From: an uncultured Acidobacteriota bacterium
GTDB taxonomy: Bacteria; Acidobacteriota; Terriglobia; Acidiferrales; UBA7541
Reading direction: 5' to 3'
Length of the DNA stretch: 64,000 nucleotides
NCBI GenBank assembly: GCA_963730495.1
Contig: CAVSSD010000016.1
Span: 89,076 to 153,075 of the forward strand
Shown: positions 1 to 9,588 of the stretch, piece by piece
Numbering within the stretch: position 1 is the stretch's first letter
How the letters are laid out: every line of letters starts with the position of its first letter
Notes under the pieces: generated by a model
Databases searched by the model: none
What the model was told of the DNA's origin: nothing
Seen by the model: the letters and a program-made list of their open reading frames with translations, nothing else
Position numbers and translations under genes: made by a program

Positions 1-83
1 GCACATGGTGGTGGCCTTCGTCTTCCGCTCCCCGTCGGCCCCCATCCCCTGAAAAAATGATGGTATTCGTGCGAACAGCAATG

Positions 84-111
84 TGGAGTGCGGCAGCTCT
101 GCTGCCGCTTT
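84..111 (+). repeat. REP-like palindrome, family A (TGGAGTGCGGCAGC-TCT-GCTGCCGCTTT)
   Basis: Hairpin; near-identical copies at 4178-4208 and 51958-51988 (reverse) and a variant at 47787-47812 (reverse). Confidence 0.85.
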
Positions 112-293
112 CTTGCAATCTCTCTCCTTTCTCGCAATCTGCGGCCTTCCCTAATGACCCCGCACGCCTCTATCCCTCTTGCAACGAAGCTTTCCGCACC
201 GATTTATGCATTGACGGCGATACAATTTCTGAGTAAGTAGTTCGTCAGCCCGCGTAAAGATTTCAGGGAAATCTGAAAAGCATCAACCGGTCC

Positions 294-1982
294 GTGAAAG
301 GACGAAGACGCATGTTCTCGCTGACAGCTTCGCACTCGAGCCGTTGGGTTATCGCTATGGGTTTATCGTTCGGAGTTCTTGCCGCTGTTCCTTCGCAGGC
401 AAGCGCCCAGGCTGCAACCTCTTCCACCGCTTCCACAGGCACTCAAGATCCAAAAGAGATCGATCTAGCCTGGCAGCGCGGCAATGCAAAATATGATGAG
501 CCCCGCGCGGCGCTCCTGAAAGAGGTCGATCGCGCTGGGCACGAAGGCCCGTTCCGTCCGGATTGGGAATCCCTCGAGAAATATGAAGTTCCCGAATGGT
601 ATAAAGACGCGAAGTTCGGAATCTTCATTCATTGGGGCGTCTATTCGGTTCCGGCTTTCGGCAACGAGTGGTACCCGCGAAATATGTATCGACCGGATTC
701 GGACGAATACAAACATCACATCGCTACCTACGGTGCAGTAGATAAGTTTGGGTATAAGGATTTTGTGCCGATGTTTAAGGCCGAGCATTTTGATGCCGCG
801 GCATGGGCCCAGCTCTTCAAAGAAGCAGGCGCCAAATACGTGGTGCCGGTTGCGGAACACCATGACGGCTTCGCGATGTACGACAGCGGCTTGAGCGACT
901 GGACCGCCGCGAAAATGGGGCCGCACCGCGATGTAATCGGAGAATTAGCAAAGGCGGTCAGGGCGGAGGGCCTGCACTTTGGCGCATCTTCCCACCGCGT
1001 GGAGCATAATTTTTTCCTCGGCGTCGGACGAAGCATCGCCTCCGACATCAACGATCCGAACTACGCCAGCTTCTACGGCCCCGCGCATAACTGGTTGGAA
1101 GCCAAGCAGGGCACTCCTTTAGCGAATGATTTCACTTATGTTTCGCCGGCCTGGACCGCCGATTGGCTCGCCCGCTCTTCCGAGATTGTCGAGAAATATC
1201 ATCCGGACATTATGTATTTCGATTGGTGGATTGGACAGGCTTCTGTTCGGCCGGACCTGACACGTTTCGCGGCCTTTTACTACAACACTTCGCTGAAGTA
1301 TGGAGATCACGTCGGAGTCATCAATTACAAAGACTACGCGATTCAAGAACACAGCGCCGTGCTCGATCTGGAGCGCGGGCAGCTGGGTGACATCCGCCCA
1401 CTCTACTGGCAGACCGACACTTCCGTAAGCAACAAATCTTGGGGCTACATCAAGGACGACACCTTCAAGACGCCTCAGTTCGTCGTGCAGCAACTGATCG
1501 ATATCGTGAGCAAAAATGGAAATTTGCTGCTTAACATCGGCCCGCGATCCGATGGCACGATCCCGGAGGAAGTGCAGGCGGTGTTGCGCGATGTCGGCTC
1601 TTGGCTAAGAGTAAATGGGGAAGCGATTTACGGCACACGGCCGTGGAAAATGTACGGCGAAGGACCAACGAAAGTAGCTGCCGGTTCGTTTCACGATACA
1701 GATACCGCAGGCTACACGGCGGAGGATTTTCGTTTTACTGCCAAAGGGAAAACGCTTTACGCGATTGAACTCGGCTGGCCCACCGGTGGCGAGGCTGTCA
1801 TCCATTCGCTAGGAAGCACCGCGATGAACGGACAGAAAATTGGGTCCGTTGTGTTGCTTGGTTCAGACGCAAGACTTACCTTCCAGCAACAACCCGATGC
1901 GCTTCGTATCCAATTTCCGAGTCAAGCCTCCGGGAAATATGCCTACGCGTTTCGTATTCTTCTTGCTGAAGCGGGGCATTAG
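294..1982 (+). CDS. Alpha-L-fucosidase (GH29), exported
   Basis: WYKDAKFGIFIHWG, HHDGF, YFDWW and NGNLLLNIGP motifs; N-terminal signal peptide; start may be 312. Confidence 0.9.
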   Translation: MKGRRRMFSLTASHSSRWVIAMGLSFGVLAAVPSQASAQAATSSTASTGTQDPKEIDLAWQRGNAKYDEPRAALLKEVDRAGHEGPFRPDWESLEKYEVPEWYKDAKFGIFIHWGVYSVPAFGNEWYPRNMYRPDSDEYKHHIATYGAVDKFGYKDFVPMFKAEHFDAAAWAQLFKEAGAKYVVPVAEHHDGFAMYDSGLSDWTAAKMGPHRDVIGELAKAVRAEGLHFGASSHRVEHNFFLGVGRSIASDINDPNYASFYGPAHNWLEAKQGTPLANDFTYVSPAWTADWLARSSEIVEKYHPDIMYFDWWIGQASVRPDLTRFAAFYYNTSLKYGDHVGVINYKDYAIQEHSAVLDLERGQLGDIRPLYWQTDTSVSNKSWGYIKDDTFKTPQFVVQQLIDIVSKNGNLLLNIGPRSDGTIPEEVQAVLRDVGSWLRVNGEAIYGTRPWKMYGEGPTKVAAGSFHDTDTAGYTAEDFRFTAKGKTLYAIELGWPTGGEAVIHSLGSTAMNGQKIGSVVLLGSDARLTFQQQPDALRIQFPSQASGKYAYAFRILLAEAGH

Positions 1983-2162
1983 CGTCGGGCGGCTCGGAAG
2001 GAATGAACTCATAGGTACGAGCTGGTTCGTATCCTCGTGTTTATCCCCCATTTAGACACGACGCGCTAGTCTCTTTTGGACATGGTGATCCAATTCACCA
2101 AACAAACTCAAACTACGACAATAGCACGCCAAGAATGCGATTCATCGCGACGGAGGACTGAC

Positions 2163-3215
2163 GTGAGAGCAAAGGATTTCGGACGCCTTTTAGCCAGTGT
2201 GGCTGGGATTGTTCTGGGCACAGCCTCGCTTGTGATGGCAACGGACGGCTATCACCTATTAAAAAAATACAGTTTTGGAGCGGCCGAGGGAAGCACGCGA
2301 GAATACTTCGACTACGTGACCGTGGATTCAGCCGCTCGACGGGTATACATTTCTCATGGAACAGAAATTAAGGTGCTCGATGCCGACACTGGCGCCCTCA
2401 TCGGCAATATTACAGGCTTAAAGCAAGATCACGGAGTGGCGATAGCCACCGAGTTTGGCCGCGGGTTCATTAGCGACGGCGCTCAAGGCAAGGTAATCAT
2501 CTTTGATTTGAAGACGCTGAAAGTGACGAGCGAAGCCAAAGCGGAGAACGACGCGGACTGCGTGATCTACGATCCTTCTTCCAAGCGCGTCTTTGTTATG
2601 AATGGCGATCCGCACAGCTCGACGGTCATCGACGCGCAAACTGGCAACGTGGTTGGGAAGATTGAACTCGGCGGCGGCCCTGAGTTTGCCGTGGCTGACG
2701 GCAAAGGCACGGTGTACATCAATCTGGAAGATAAGAGCGAGCTAGTGGCCATTGACTCCGCAACGCTAAAGATCAAATCGAGGTGGTCACTGGCTCCGGC
2801 TGGAGCACCGACGGCGCTGGCCATGGACGTCGCGCATCACCGACTCTTCAGCGCGGGACGGAATCCGCAGATGATGGTTGTCCTGGACTCTGAGAGCGGA
2901 AAAATGATTCAGTCATTCCCCATTTCCGCGGGCGTGGATGCGGCTTCGTACGATTCCGAAACGGGATTAATTTTTGTTTCAACGCGCGACGGCATGGTCC
3001 ACGTGTTCCACGAAGATTCTCCCGACAAATTCAGCGAAGCCGAAACGATCAAGACGGAATTCGGCGCTAAGACAATGGGCCTCGATACCAAGACGCACAA
3101 TCTGTTTCTGGATACCGCGGACTTCGGTCCGGCGCCGGCCCCCACCGCAGACCGGCCGCACCCCAATCGCACGCCCATTCAAGGCACATTTCACGTGTTG
3201 GTTTACGGCCGGTGA
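2163..3215 (+). CDS. YncE/YVTN-type beta-propeller protein, exported
   Basis: Repeated beta-propeller blades, signal peptide; GTG at 2163 follows GGAGG. Confidence 0.75.
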   Translation: MRAKDFGRLLASVAGIVLGTASLVMATDGYHLLKKYSFGAAEGSTREYFDYVTVDSAARRVYISHGTEIKVLDADTGALIGNITGLKQDHGVAIATEFGRGFISDGAQGKVIIFDLKTLKVTSEAKAENDADCVIYDPSSKRVFVMNGDPHSSTVIDAQTGNVVGKIELGGGPEFAVADGKGTVYINLEDKSELVAIDSATLKIKSRWSLAPAGAPTALAMDVAHHRLFSAGRNPQMMVVLDSESGKMIQSFPISAGVDAASYDSETGLIFVSTRDGMVHVFHEDSPDKFSEAETIKTEFGAKTMGLDTKTHNLFLDTADFGPAPAPTADRPHPNRTPIQGTFHVLVYGR

Positions 3216-3342
3216 GTTGAGGGTGATCGTCGCCGCGAGCTTTGCGGTTCCGCAGGGCGGAGCGCTGGCACCGCGGCCAAATTGAAAGATACAGAGTGAT
3301 GCGGACTCCGTTATGCGCTTCCGCGTCTCAGCGCTCGGCGGG

Positions 3343-4062
3343 CTAGTTGGCGACGGTGAGTTCGATGGTGATAGAGCCTGGAATACGCTGGCCGGCCAGC
3401 GGAGTTTGATCGACTACGGCGCCGTGCGGCCATTGCGGTGCTGAAACATAATTGACTTTGCGGCGCAGCCCCGCGACATCCAGACGGTGCTGCGCGTCAG
3501 CTTCGTTCAGCCCGACAAGATGTGGCATGACGTAGGCGGCATCGCGCGTGCCACCGGATACAAGCACGTCTACGCGAGGAGTCGCAGCACCAGCACCCGG
3601 CCGCGGCGTTTGAAGCATAACCGTGTCCACCGGCTCGTCAGTTATGGTGATGCTCGAAACTTCTCCCACTTGCAGACCGGCGCGCAGCAACTCAATGCGC
3701 GAGACGCGAAGCGAATTTCCTTCGAGCAAAGGGATTTGCAATTGACGCTGGCCGAGGCTGAGTACGACGTGCGCCTGCTGCGAAACTTTCATGAGCATCC
3801 CGGGCGGCGGACTTTGCCGCACGACGACATTAATAGGAAGTTCGCTGTAGATGCGGTCCGCAACGCGAAGCACCAGCCCGCGAGAGTGCAGGAGCCCATT
3901 TGCTTCCGAAACATTTTTCCCGACGAGATTGGGCATGTTCACTTCTCGCCCGTGAATGGCGATGCGCATCGCGGTGATCGCGCTCAGAAAAGCAGCCGCC
4001 GCCAGGATGAACACAAGCAGCGCCATCCGGCTTACCCATTCGAGTCGCTCTCTGAGGGTCAT
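3343..4062 (-). CDS. PASTA domain-containing protein
   Basis: N-terminal TM helix, then three MPxLVG...V..QxP..G PASTA-like units. Confidence 0.85.
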   Translation of the reverse strand: MTLRERLEWVSRMALLVFILAAAAFLSAITAMRIAIHGREVNMPNLVGKNVSEANGLLHSRGLVLRVADRIYSELPINVVVRQSPPPGMLMKVSQQAHVVLSLGQRQLQIPLLEGNSLRVSRIELLRAGLQVGEVSSITITDEPVDTVMLQTPRPGAGAATPRVDVLVSGGTRDAAYVMPHLVGLNEADAQHRLDVAGLRRKVNYVSAPQWPHGAVVDQTPLAGQRIPGSITIELTVAN

Positions 4063-4084
4063 AAGAGTTGGCCGATCACAGGTT

Positions 4085-5989
4085 TCAAATAGCTAATGTA
4101 AGTGTAAGACCGCAAGCGCGCTGACGGAAACGCTTTTTACTCTCAATTGAGTCCCGCGAAACACCGCGGAGTAGCGATTTGGAGTGCGGCAGCTCTGCTG
4201 CCGCTTTTACCACCGACCGTGCAACTCCAAATTTGGCGAGCCTAAGAAAGTTTATTTCTTCAAGTGGCGGAGCCGGATAATCCGGCAACTTATCTTTGCT
4301 AGTGTCCGCGCGCTTCACTTCGAGTTCATCAAATAACAGCGAGGGGCAAATAATGGTCGTAGGCACGCCGCCGCTGCGGTTGCTAACAAGCGGATCATTT
4401 CCAACAGCAATTAGATTGCTACGCAAAGCGCGAACGTCGAGCTCGCTAAACACAGCCCCGCGAACCAATTCCTCATGCCCATCCGCATAAACGCGATACA
4501 AAAGCCGTGGAGAATTGCCCGGTCCGAGCGTGTCCACACGATAGGCGTAAGGCTTGCCCTGCTCGGTCACCATCTGAAGTATTTTCTTCTTGAGTTCTTC
4601 GGGAGACTGCGCTTCCGCACTCTTCAAAAGCAGCACACCCAGGCTCGCAGAAGGGAAGGATCCGGGAGCGGCGCGGCCGTGGCCATTCGAAGCAGGGAAG
4701 TCGCGCACCGGCTGCCGCCCGAGCAAATAATTGTTCAGCATGCCGCTTTCGACGATGTTGACGGTCTTAGCTTTTACGCCCTCATTGTCTATCTCATAGC
4801 TCCCCACCAAGCTGTGGCCTTGAAAATCTTTCAGCGTGGGATCATCGATCAGCGTCAGAAAGCTGGGCAACACGCGGGTTTTATAACTGGTCGCGAATGC
4901 TCCGACTGTGCGGTTCGGTTTCCCCGGCTGCGGCTTTCGGCCCACCACGTTGGAACCCACCAGCGAAGCGATCACATCATTCGCTGCATCCGGAGCAAAA
5001 AGAACCGGGCCGCGATATTCTTCCTCGACGATAGGCGCCTTGCGAAGAGCCATCAAGGTGTCGAGCGCCTGTTTCACGTCGCCGAGCAATTTATCGCGTG
5101 CGGGAAGCTCTTCTGGCCGGCCAACCATCCAGTAAGGATTGCGGCTCACACGCATTCCGTCTTCGGCTTGCGCGGAACTATTCAAAGAAAGGTTGTAAGT
5201 CGTCTTGCCGTTGCGCGTAACCGTGCCTTCGGAATCCACAAAGTATTCGTTGACTGCCGAAAAGCGCGCCGACGCGCTGACGGATTGAATCTCAGGATAC
5301 TGGCGATAAAGATTGGTGATGTCCTCGAGAGTTTTGCCCCAAGCCGCCTCATCGACCTTGAGACTAACGATAGGCTCCAGTGATTTGACGACAGGTTCCT
5401 TGGAAAAATCATCGACCGGGTTGGGGTCCGTGCTGAAGCGCTTCATTTCCGCTTGTTTATCCGCGAGCGCCTGGCCTGCTGCCTTGTAGGCTTCGTCGGT
5501 CGTCAGCCAGATCTGGTGACGAAGAGCGATGGGATCGTTGTCGAGCGGCAGAATATTGGTTTCGCCCATGCCTTGGCCAAAATAACTGTCCTGCTTGTAG
5601 TCGCCGACGCGCACAACCACGCGAAGAATGCGGAGACGCACGCGCTGGCTTTCGCGCAACGCGCCGAACGCCGCCTCTGCATCGTAATCATCCACATCGT
5701 TGACGCGGTATTCGATGTAATAAGGTGCCTGGACTTGTTCGATCTTCAGTTGCGCTTTAGAACGGTCCAGTTCGGTGAGAAGCGCTTCGAGCAAGGCATC
5801 GCCTCCAGCAGAGGGGTGCGGTTCCGAACTGTCCGCCGCCACCGTTTCCACCGCCAAGCCGTCGGACAGGCCCAGTTTTCCCAAAGGATTATTTGACGCA
5901 GAGCTATGCGTGGCCGCGCGAAGTTGAGCAACACCAAAGAGCAGCAAAGCAGTTAGAAGAGTATTTGTCATCAGTCGAAGAATTTTCAT
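4085..5989 (-). CDS. TldE/PmbA-like non-catalytic partner with signal peptide (true stop probably ~4252)
   Basis: DDPT..GSY..D.EG and SNGHGR TldD/PmbA motifs, no HExxH; removing one base at ~4262 gives PLKK-stop at 4252-4254, otherwise the ORF reads through a REP. Confidence 0.75.
   Translation of the reverse strand: MKILRLMTNTLLTALLLFGVAQLRAATHSSASNNPLGKLGLSDGLAVETVAADSSEPHPSAGGDALLEALLTELDRSKAQLKIEQVQAPYYIEYRVNDVDDYDAEAAFGALRESQRVRLRILRVVVRVGDYKQDSYFGQGMGETNILPLDNDPIALRHQIWLTTDEAYKAAGQALADKQAEMKRFSTDPNPVDDFSKEPVVKSLEPIVSLKVDEAAWGKTLEDITNLYRQYPEIQSVSASARFSAVNEYFVDSEGTVTRNGKTTYNLSLNSSAQAEDGMRVSRNPYWMVGRPEELPARDKLLGDVKQALDTLMALRKAPIVEEEYRGPVLFAPDAANDVIASLVGSNVVGRKPQPGKPNRTVGAFATSYKTRVLPSFLTLIDDPTLKDFQGHSLVGSYEIDNEGVKAKTVNIVESGMLNNYLLGRQPVRDFPASNGHGRAAPGSFPSASLGVLLLKSAEAQSPEELKKKILQMVTEQGKPYAYRVDTLGPGNSPRLLYRVYADGHEELVRGAVFSELDVRALRSNLIAVGNDPLVSNRSGGVPTTIICPSLLFDELEVKRADTSKDKLPDYPAPPLEEINFLRLAKFGVARSVVKAAAELPHSKSLLRGVSRDSIESKKRFRQRACGLTLTLAI
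4178..4208 (+). repeat. REP-like palindrome, family A
   Basis: Identical core to 84-111. Confidence 0.85.
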
Positions 5990-7821
5990 GGCTTCACCGC
6001 CGGCTTGGCTTGATCGTCTTTCATAGCGGTTTTTGTTCCGGAACCATTTTCAAAACCCGGCGCGGGTAAGATTGGTGGCCGATCGTGCGAATGCTGCCGC
6101 TTCTGAACTTCCATTTCCGAAAAGAGCATCGCAGGGGCAACTGCAGACACAGGCACTTGCCCGCTTTCCGCACCACAAACGCCGTTGAACACATGCTGCT
6201 GGTCGCCAGTCAACATGATCCGCGTGAGCGCCGCGAGCGGCGTTCCGACGATATCGACGCCCCGCACCAATTCATCCGGACGCCCGTCTGTGTAAACCTT
6301 GTAGACGATCACCGGGAGAACCTGGAAAGCTTGCGGTAGCGAGCGAGTCGTCAGCGTAAAGCCTCCCTGAATGTCGTCGAAGTACAAGCCGTAAGGCTTG
6401 TTCTGTTTTTTGACTTCATCAATCAGCTTTTGCCGCATCTCAGCTTCCGGAACAGTCTGCGTGGAAGTGACGATCAAATTTCCCTGGCGACCAGTGGGCA
6501 TCAACCCAGGTTGATTGCGCCCGTGTCCGTTCGACTCAGCAAAATCCTTGATCGGCATGCGCGACATCAGGAAATTCTTCAGGATGCCGTCTTGAATCAC
6601 TTCGACACGCCGCGCCGGAACGCCTTCATCATCGAAAGCATACGAGCCGGCCAGCTTCATGCCCGCCATCTCATGGATGGTCGGATCATCGGTGACGCTC
6701 AAAAATTTCGGCAAAACTTCCTGCCCAACCTTCTTAGTAAAGGTCTGTCCTTCTTCTTCATCGCGCTGGCGGTGGCCTTCCAGCCGGTGACCGAGCACTT
6801 CATGGAAAAACACAGCCGCGGCGCGCCCGCTCAAAAGAGCAGGTCCGTCATAGGGCTCCGCGACCGGAGCATTCTTCAATGCCTTCAGGTCGTCTGCCAT
6901 CTTGGCGATCTTCGCGGTGAGATCCGCTTCGCTTGGAAGCCCGGCGGCCGAAGGAGCCTGAAACGTTTCCACGCGCAGCAACTCCATGCCGTCATCCGCG
7001 CGGGTCTGCGCTTCCATGATAAGCCGCGTGCTGTTGCTCGGAGACTCGATCGCGCTTCCTTCGCTCGAAACCATCCGCGAGTTCGAATCCGTCACCTGCA
7101 AGACCACGGTTGCAAAGTACACATCCGGATATTTGCGGAAAACTCCAGACAACCGGCTGACTTCGCCGCCCCAGACAGAGCGGTCGAAGGGCGGCGGGGG
7201 AGTGACGCTACCCAGGTGCGTTTCGGGCGTCTGTTTCGAGAAGTCAGGAGACTTGTCCTCTTCTTCAGCGCGCACGGCGGTATTGGTTCTCACGTTCAGA
7301 AACGCGGGAGCCGCGCGCTTGTACTCGCGGTCCGTCAATTCCCATAGCACGCGTGCGATGGCGTCCTGATCGTCGCCCACAGGCAGCGTGCCTGACGTCA
7401 TTCCCGTCGAGCGGCTTTGCCCGTGCGTATTGTCCAGGCCCGGTGCGCCCACCCGCATAACCACGTCCGCTTGCCGCCGCTGCAAAGACGCGTCGGTGAG
7501 CAAGCTGCCATAAGCGCCGACCAGCACAACGAGGTTCTGGTCATAAACGGTGTAACTCATGTAGTAGGGAGCAGAGTCCGTTTTCCCGAGTTCCGTGGAC
7601 GCGCGCGCCAGTTCCGTCTGCATCACTTTCATCACCGGGTCGCTTACTGTCTTGCTTGCCGGCTTGTCGACCGCCGCAGTCGAAGAAGCTTCATTAGCCG
7701 CGGACGCCAGAGGCAAAGTGGCCAGTTGCGCCGCGATCACCCAGCAAGCGGCAAAGCGTGCGAATTGTTTCGCGCAGACTTTGAAGCTTTCGCGCGTTTG
7801 AGATGATTTGAGACTGTTCAT
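5986..7821 (-). CDS. TldD-family metallopeptidase with signal peptide
   Basis: FFHEVLGHRLEG zinc motif, FDDEG, SNGHGR and C-terminal CGAESG cysteine ligand. Confidence 0.85.
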   Translation of the reverse strand: MNSLKSSQTRESFKVCAKQFARFAACWVIAAQLATLPLASAANEASSTAAVDKPASKTVSDPVMKVMQTELARASTELGKTDSAPYYMSYTVYDQNLVVLVGAYGSLLTDASLQRRQADVVMRVGAPGLDNTHGQSRSTGMTSGTLPVGDDQDAIARVLWELTDREYKRAAPAFLNVRTNTAVRAEEEDKSPDFSKQTPETHLGSVTPPPPFDRSVWGGEVSRLSGVFRKYPDVYFATVVLQVTDSNSRMVSSEGSAIESPSNSTRLIMEAQTRADDGMELLRVETFQAPSAAGLPSEADLTAKIAKMADDLKALKNAPVAEPYDGPALLSGRAAAVFFHEVLGHRLEGHRQRDEEEGQTFTKKVGQEVLPKFLSVTDDPTIHEMAGMKLAGSYAFDDEGVPARRVEVIQDGILKNFLMSRMPIKDFAESNGHGRNQPGLMPTGRQGNLIVTSTQTVPEAEMRQKLIDEVKKQNKPYGLYFDDIQGGFTLTTRSLPQAFQVLPVIVYKVYTDGRPDELVRGVDIVGTPLAALTRIMLTGDQQHVFNGVCGAESGQVPVSAVAPAMLFSEMEVQKRQHSHDRPPILPAPGFENGSGTKTAMKDDQAKPAVKP

Positions 7822-7939
7822 GGAATGTGAGCTCCCGATCTTGGTGAATCTGATACCGATTCTGCCAAAACCCAGGCAGATATAGACGGCACGAGTGGGT
7901 CAATTTTTGAGTATGCCTGAGCGCTGAGCGCCGCGCAAA

Positions 7940-8917
7940 CTAGCTTTCGCCGAAGTGTTCGCTGGTAAGCAAATGGGCGCCATTCGCGAACTCGGCCGCG
8001 GAAACCTGCTTGCGCCCTTCCAGTTTGACGCTTAGGAGGCGCAAATAGGTTGCGCTGCCGCAATGAACAAGTACTTCTTTCTGCCCGCTCTTGGGAACGA
8101 CCAATGACCCGGGAATCGCAGTTTTGCCTGCAACTTGACCCTGTTCGCCCAAATCATTCGACGACGGCTCACCCCAAATGTGGCAAGTCTGCCTGCGGAA
8201 CGAGGTATAGGCCCCAGGCCAGGGTGCAAAGCCGCGGATACGATTGAAAATCTCCGGAGCCGGACGTGACCAGTCGATGCGGCCATCTTCCTTTTTGAGC
8301 ATAGGCGCGCTGGAAGCATGTTCGTGGGCTTGGGGCCGCGGGGCGATCGTCCCCGCAGCCAGGCCGCGAAGCGTCTCGATCATGAGGGGCGCCCCTAACT
8401 CAGACATGCGCGCGGCCAACTCCGGAGCCGTTTCCACCGCGCCGATGTCCATTTCCTTTTGCAATAAAATTTCGCCCGTATCCATCCCCGCATCAATGCG
8501 CATCGACGTGACGCCGGTTCTTGTCTCACCATTCGCAATGGCCCAGTTGATCGGTGCCGCTCCCCGATATTTTGGCAGCAGGGAAGCGTGCAGGTTGATC
8601 CAACCAAGCTCGGGTATGGAGAGAAGCCGCGCCGGAATGATTTGCCCGTAAGCAATGATAACGATGACGTCGGGCGCAAGCTTCTGCAAAAGTTCCTGAG
8701 CTTCCGGCGCGCGAATCTTCTCTGGCTGATGCACCGGAATCCCGGCGGCAACCGCTGTTTCCTTCACCGGAGAAAAAGAAACTTCCTGCCCACGCCCGCG
8801 AGGCCTGTCCGGCTGAGTAATGGCTGCGATAATTTGAAAATCAGGCTGCGCGACAAGGTGCTTGAGAGCAGGAACCGCAAATTGAGGCGTGCCGCAGAAA
8901 ACCATTCGCATAGGCAC
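7940..8917 (-). CDS. fmt: Methionyl-tRNA formyltransferase
   Basis: FCGTPQFA, TQPDRPRGRG, NLHASLLPKYRGAAPI. Confidence 0.97.
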   Translation of the reverse strand: MPMRMVFCGTPQFAVPALKHLVAQPDFQIIAAITQPDRPRGRGQEVSFSPVKETAVAAGIPVHQPEKIRAPEAQELLQKLAPDVIVIIAYGQIIPARLLSIPELGWINLHASLLPKYRGAAPINWAIANGETRTGVTSMRIDAGMDTGEILLQKEMDIGAVETAPELAARMSELGAPLMIETLRGLAAGTIAPRPQAHEHASSAPMLKKEDGRIDWSRPAPEIFNRIRGFAPWPGAYTSFRRQTCHIWGEPSSNDLGEQGQVAGKTAIPGSLVVPKSGQKEVLVHCGSATYLRLLSVKLEGRKQVSAAEFANGAHLLTSEHFGES

Positions 8918-8936
8918 CCTATCGAATCTGTACCTT

Positions 8937-8960
8937 GTAGGGGCGCAGCATGCTGCGCCC
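8937..8960 (+). repeat. GTAG-type REP palindrome, family B
   Basis: GTAG followed by hairpin GGGCGCAGCA-TGCTGCGCCC; related reverse copies at 53945-53968, 50852-50896, 43471-43536, 42958-42980. Confidence 0.75.
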
Positions 8961-9000
8961 TAAGCCCCATACCGTAAAAGTGCAGAGGTGTTGACTGACC

Positions 9001-9588
9001 TTACCACTCTCCCTGTTTCTTAAGCTTCTTGATTTTGCGCTTGATCAAGTCGCGCTTAAGCATGCTGAGGTGCTGTAAAAACAAAATCCCGTTCAAATGA
9101 TCGATCTCATGGCAAAAAGCCCGAGCCAGTAAGTTTTCTCCTCGAATCTCAAACGATTCGCCCTTAGCGTTCTGAGCTCGAATAGTGACGAACTGCGGCC
9201 GCATCACGTACCCGCGAAATCCTGGAATCGAAAGACATCCCTCTTCCTCGCGAACTTCGCCTTCGGCATGAATGATTTCCGGATTGGCCAGCACGATTTT
9301 CGCTTCCGGGTTTTTTCCACCGGTTACGTCCACCACGGTCAGCCGCATGCTCTTTCCAATCTGCGGCGCGGCCAAGCCCACTCCCGATGCGGCATACATG
9401 GAAGCAAACATATCCTCAGTGAGCGCCTCAAGTTCTGCATCAAAATTCTTCACCGGCGCGGTCGGCTTCTCGAGAATCGGATCGCCGTACTTCACGATGG
9501 GATAAATTTTGCGCGCGGGGGCTGCAACGTCGACGGACGCCGGGGCCGGGCTGGTGGCCACTTCAGAAGTCTTCGATTTGTCTGACAT
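9001..9588 (-). CDS. def: Peptide deformylase
   Basis: GVGLAAPQIG, EGCLS, HEIDHL; start taken at MSDK, overlapping the aroC end. Confidence 0.97.
   Translation of the reverse strand: MSDKSKTSEVATSPAPASVDVAAPARKIYPIVKYGDPILEKPTAPVKNFDAELEALTEDMFASMYAASGVGLAAPQIGKSMRLTVVDVTGGKNPEAKIVLANPEIIHAEGEVREEEGCLSIPGFRGYVMRPQFVTIRAQNAKGESFEIRGENLLARAFCHEIDHLNGILFLQHLSMLKRDLIKRKIKKLKKQGEW

Noticed and set aside
4085-4251. C-terminal extension of the TldE-like protein
   Set aside because: Translates a REP element; better explained by a one-base error before a TAA at 4252-4254
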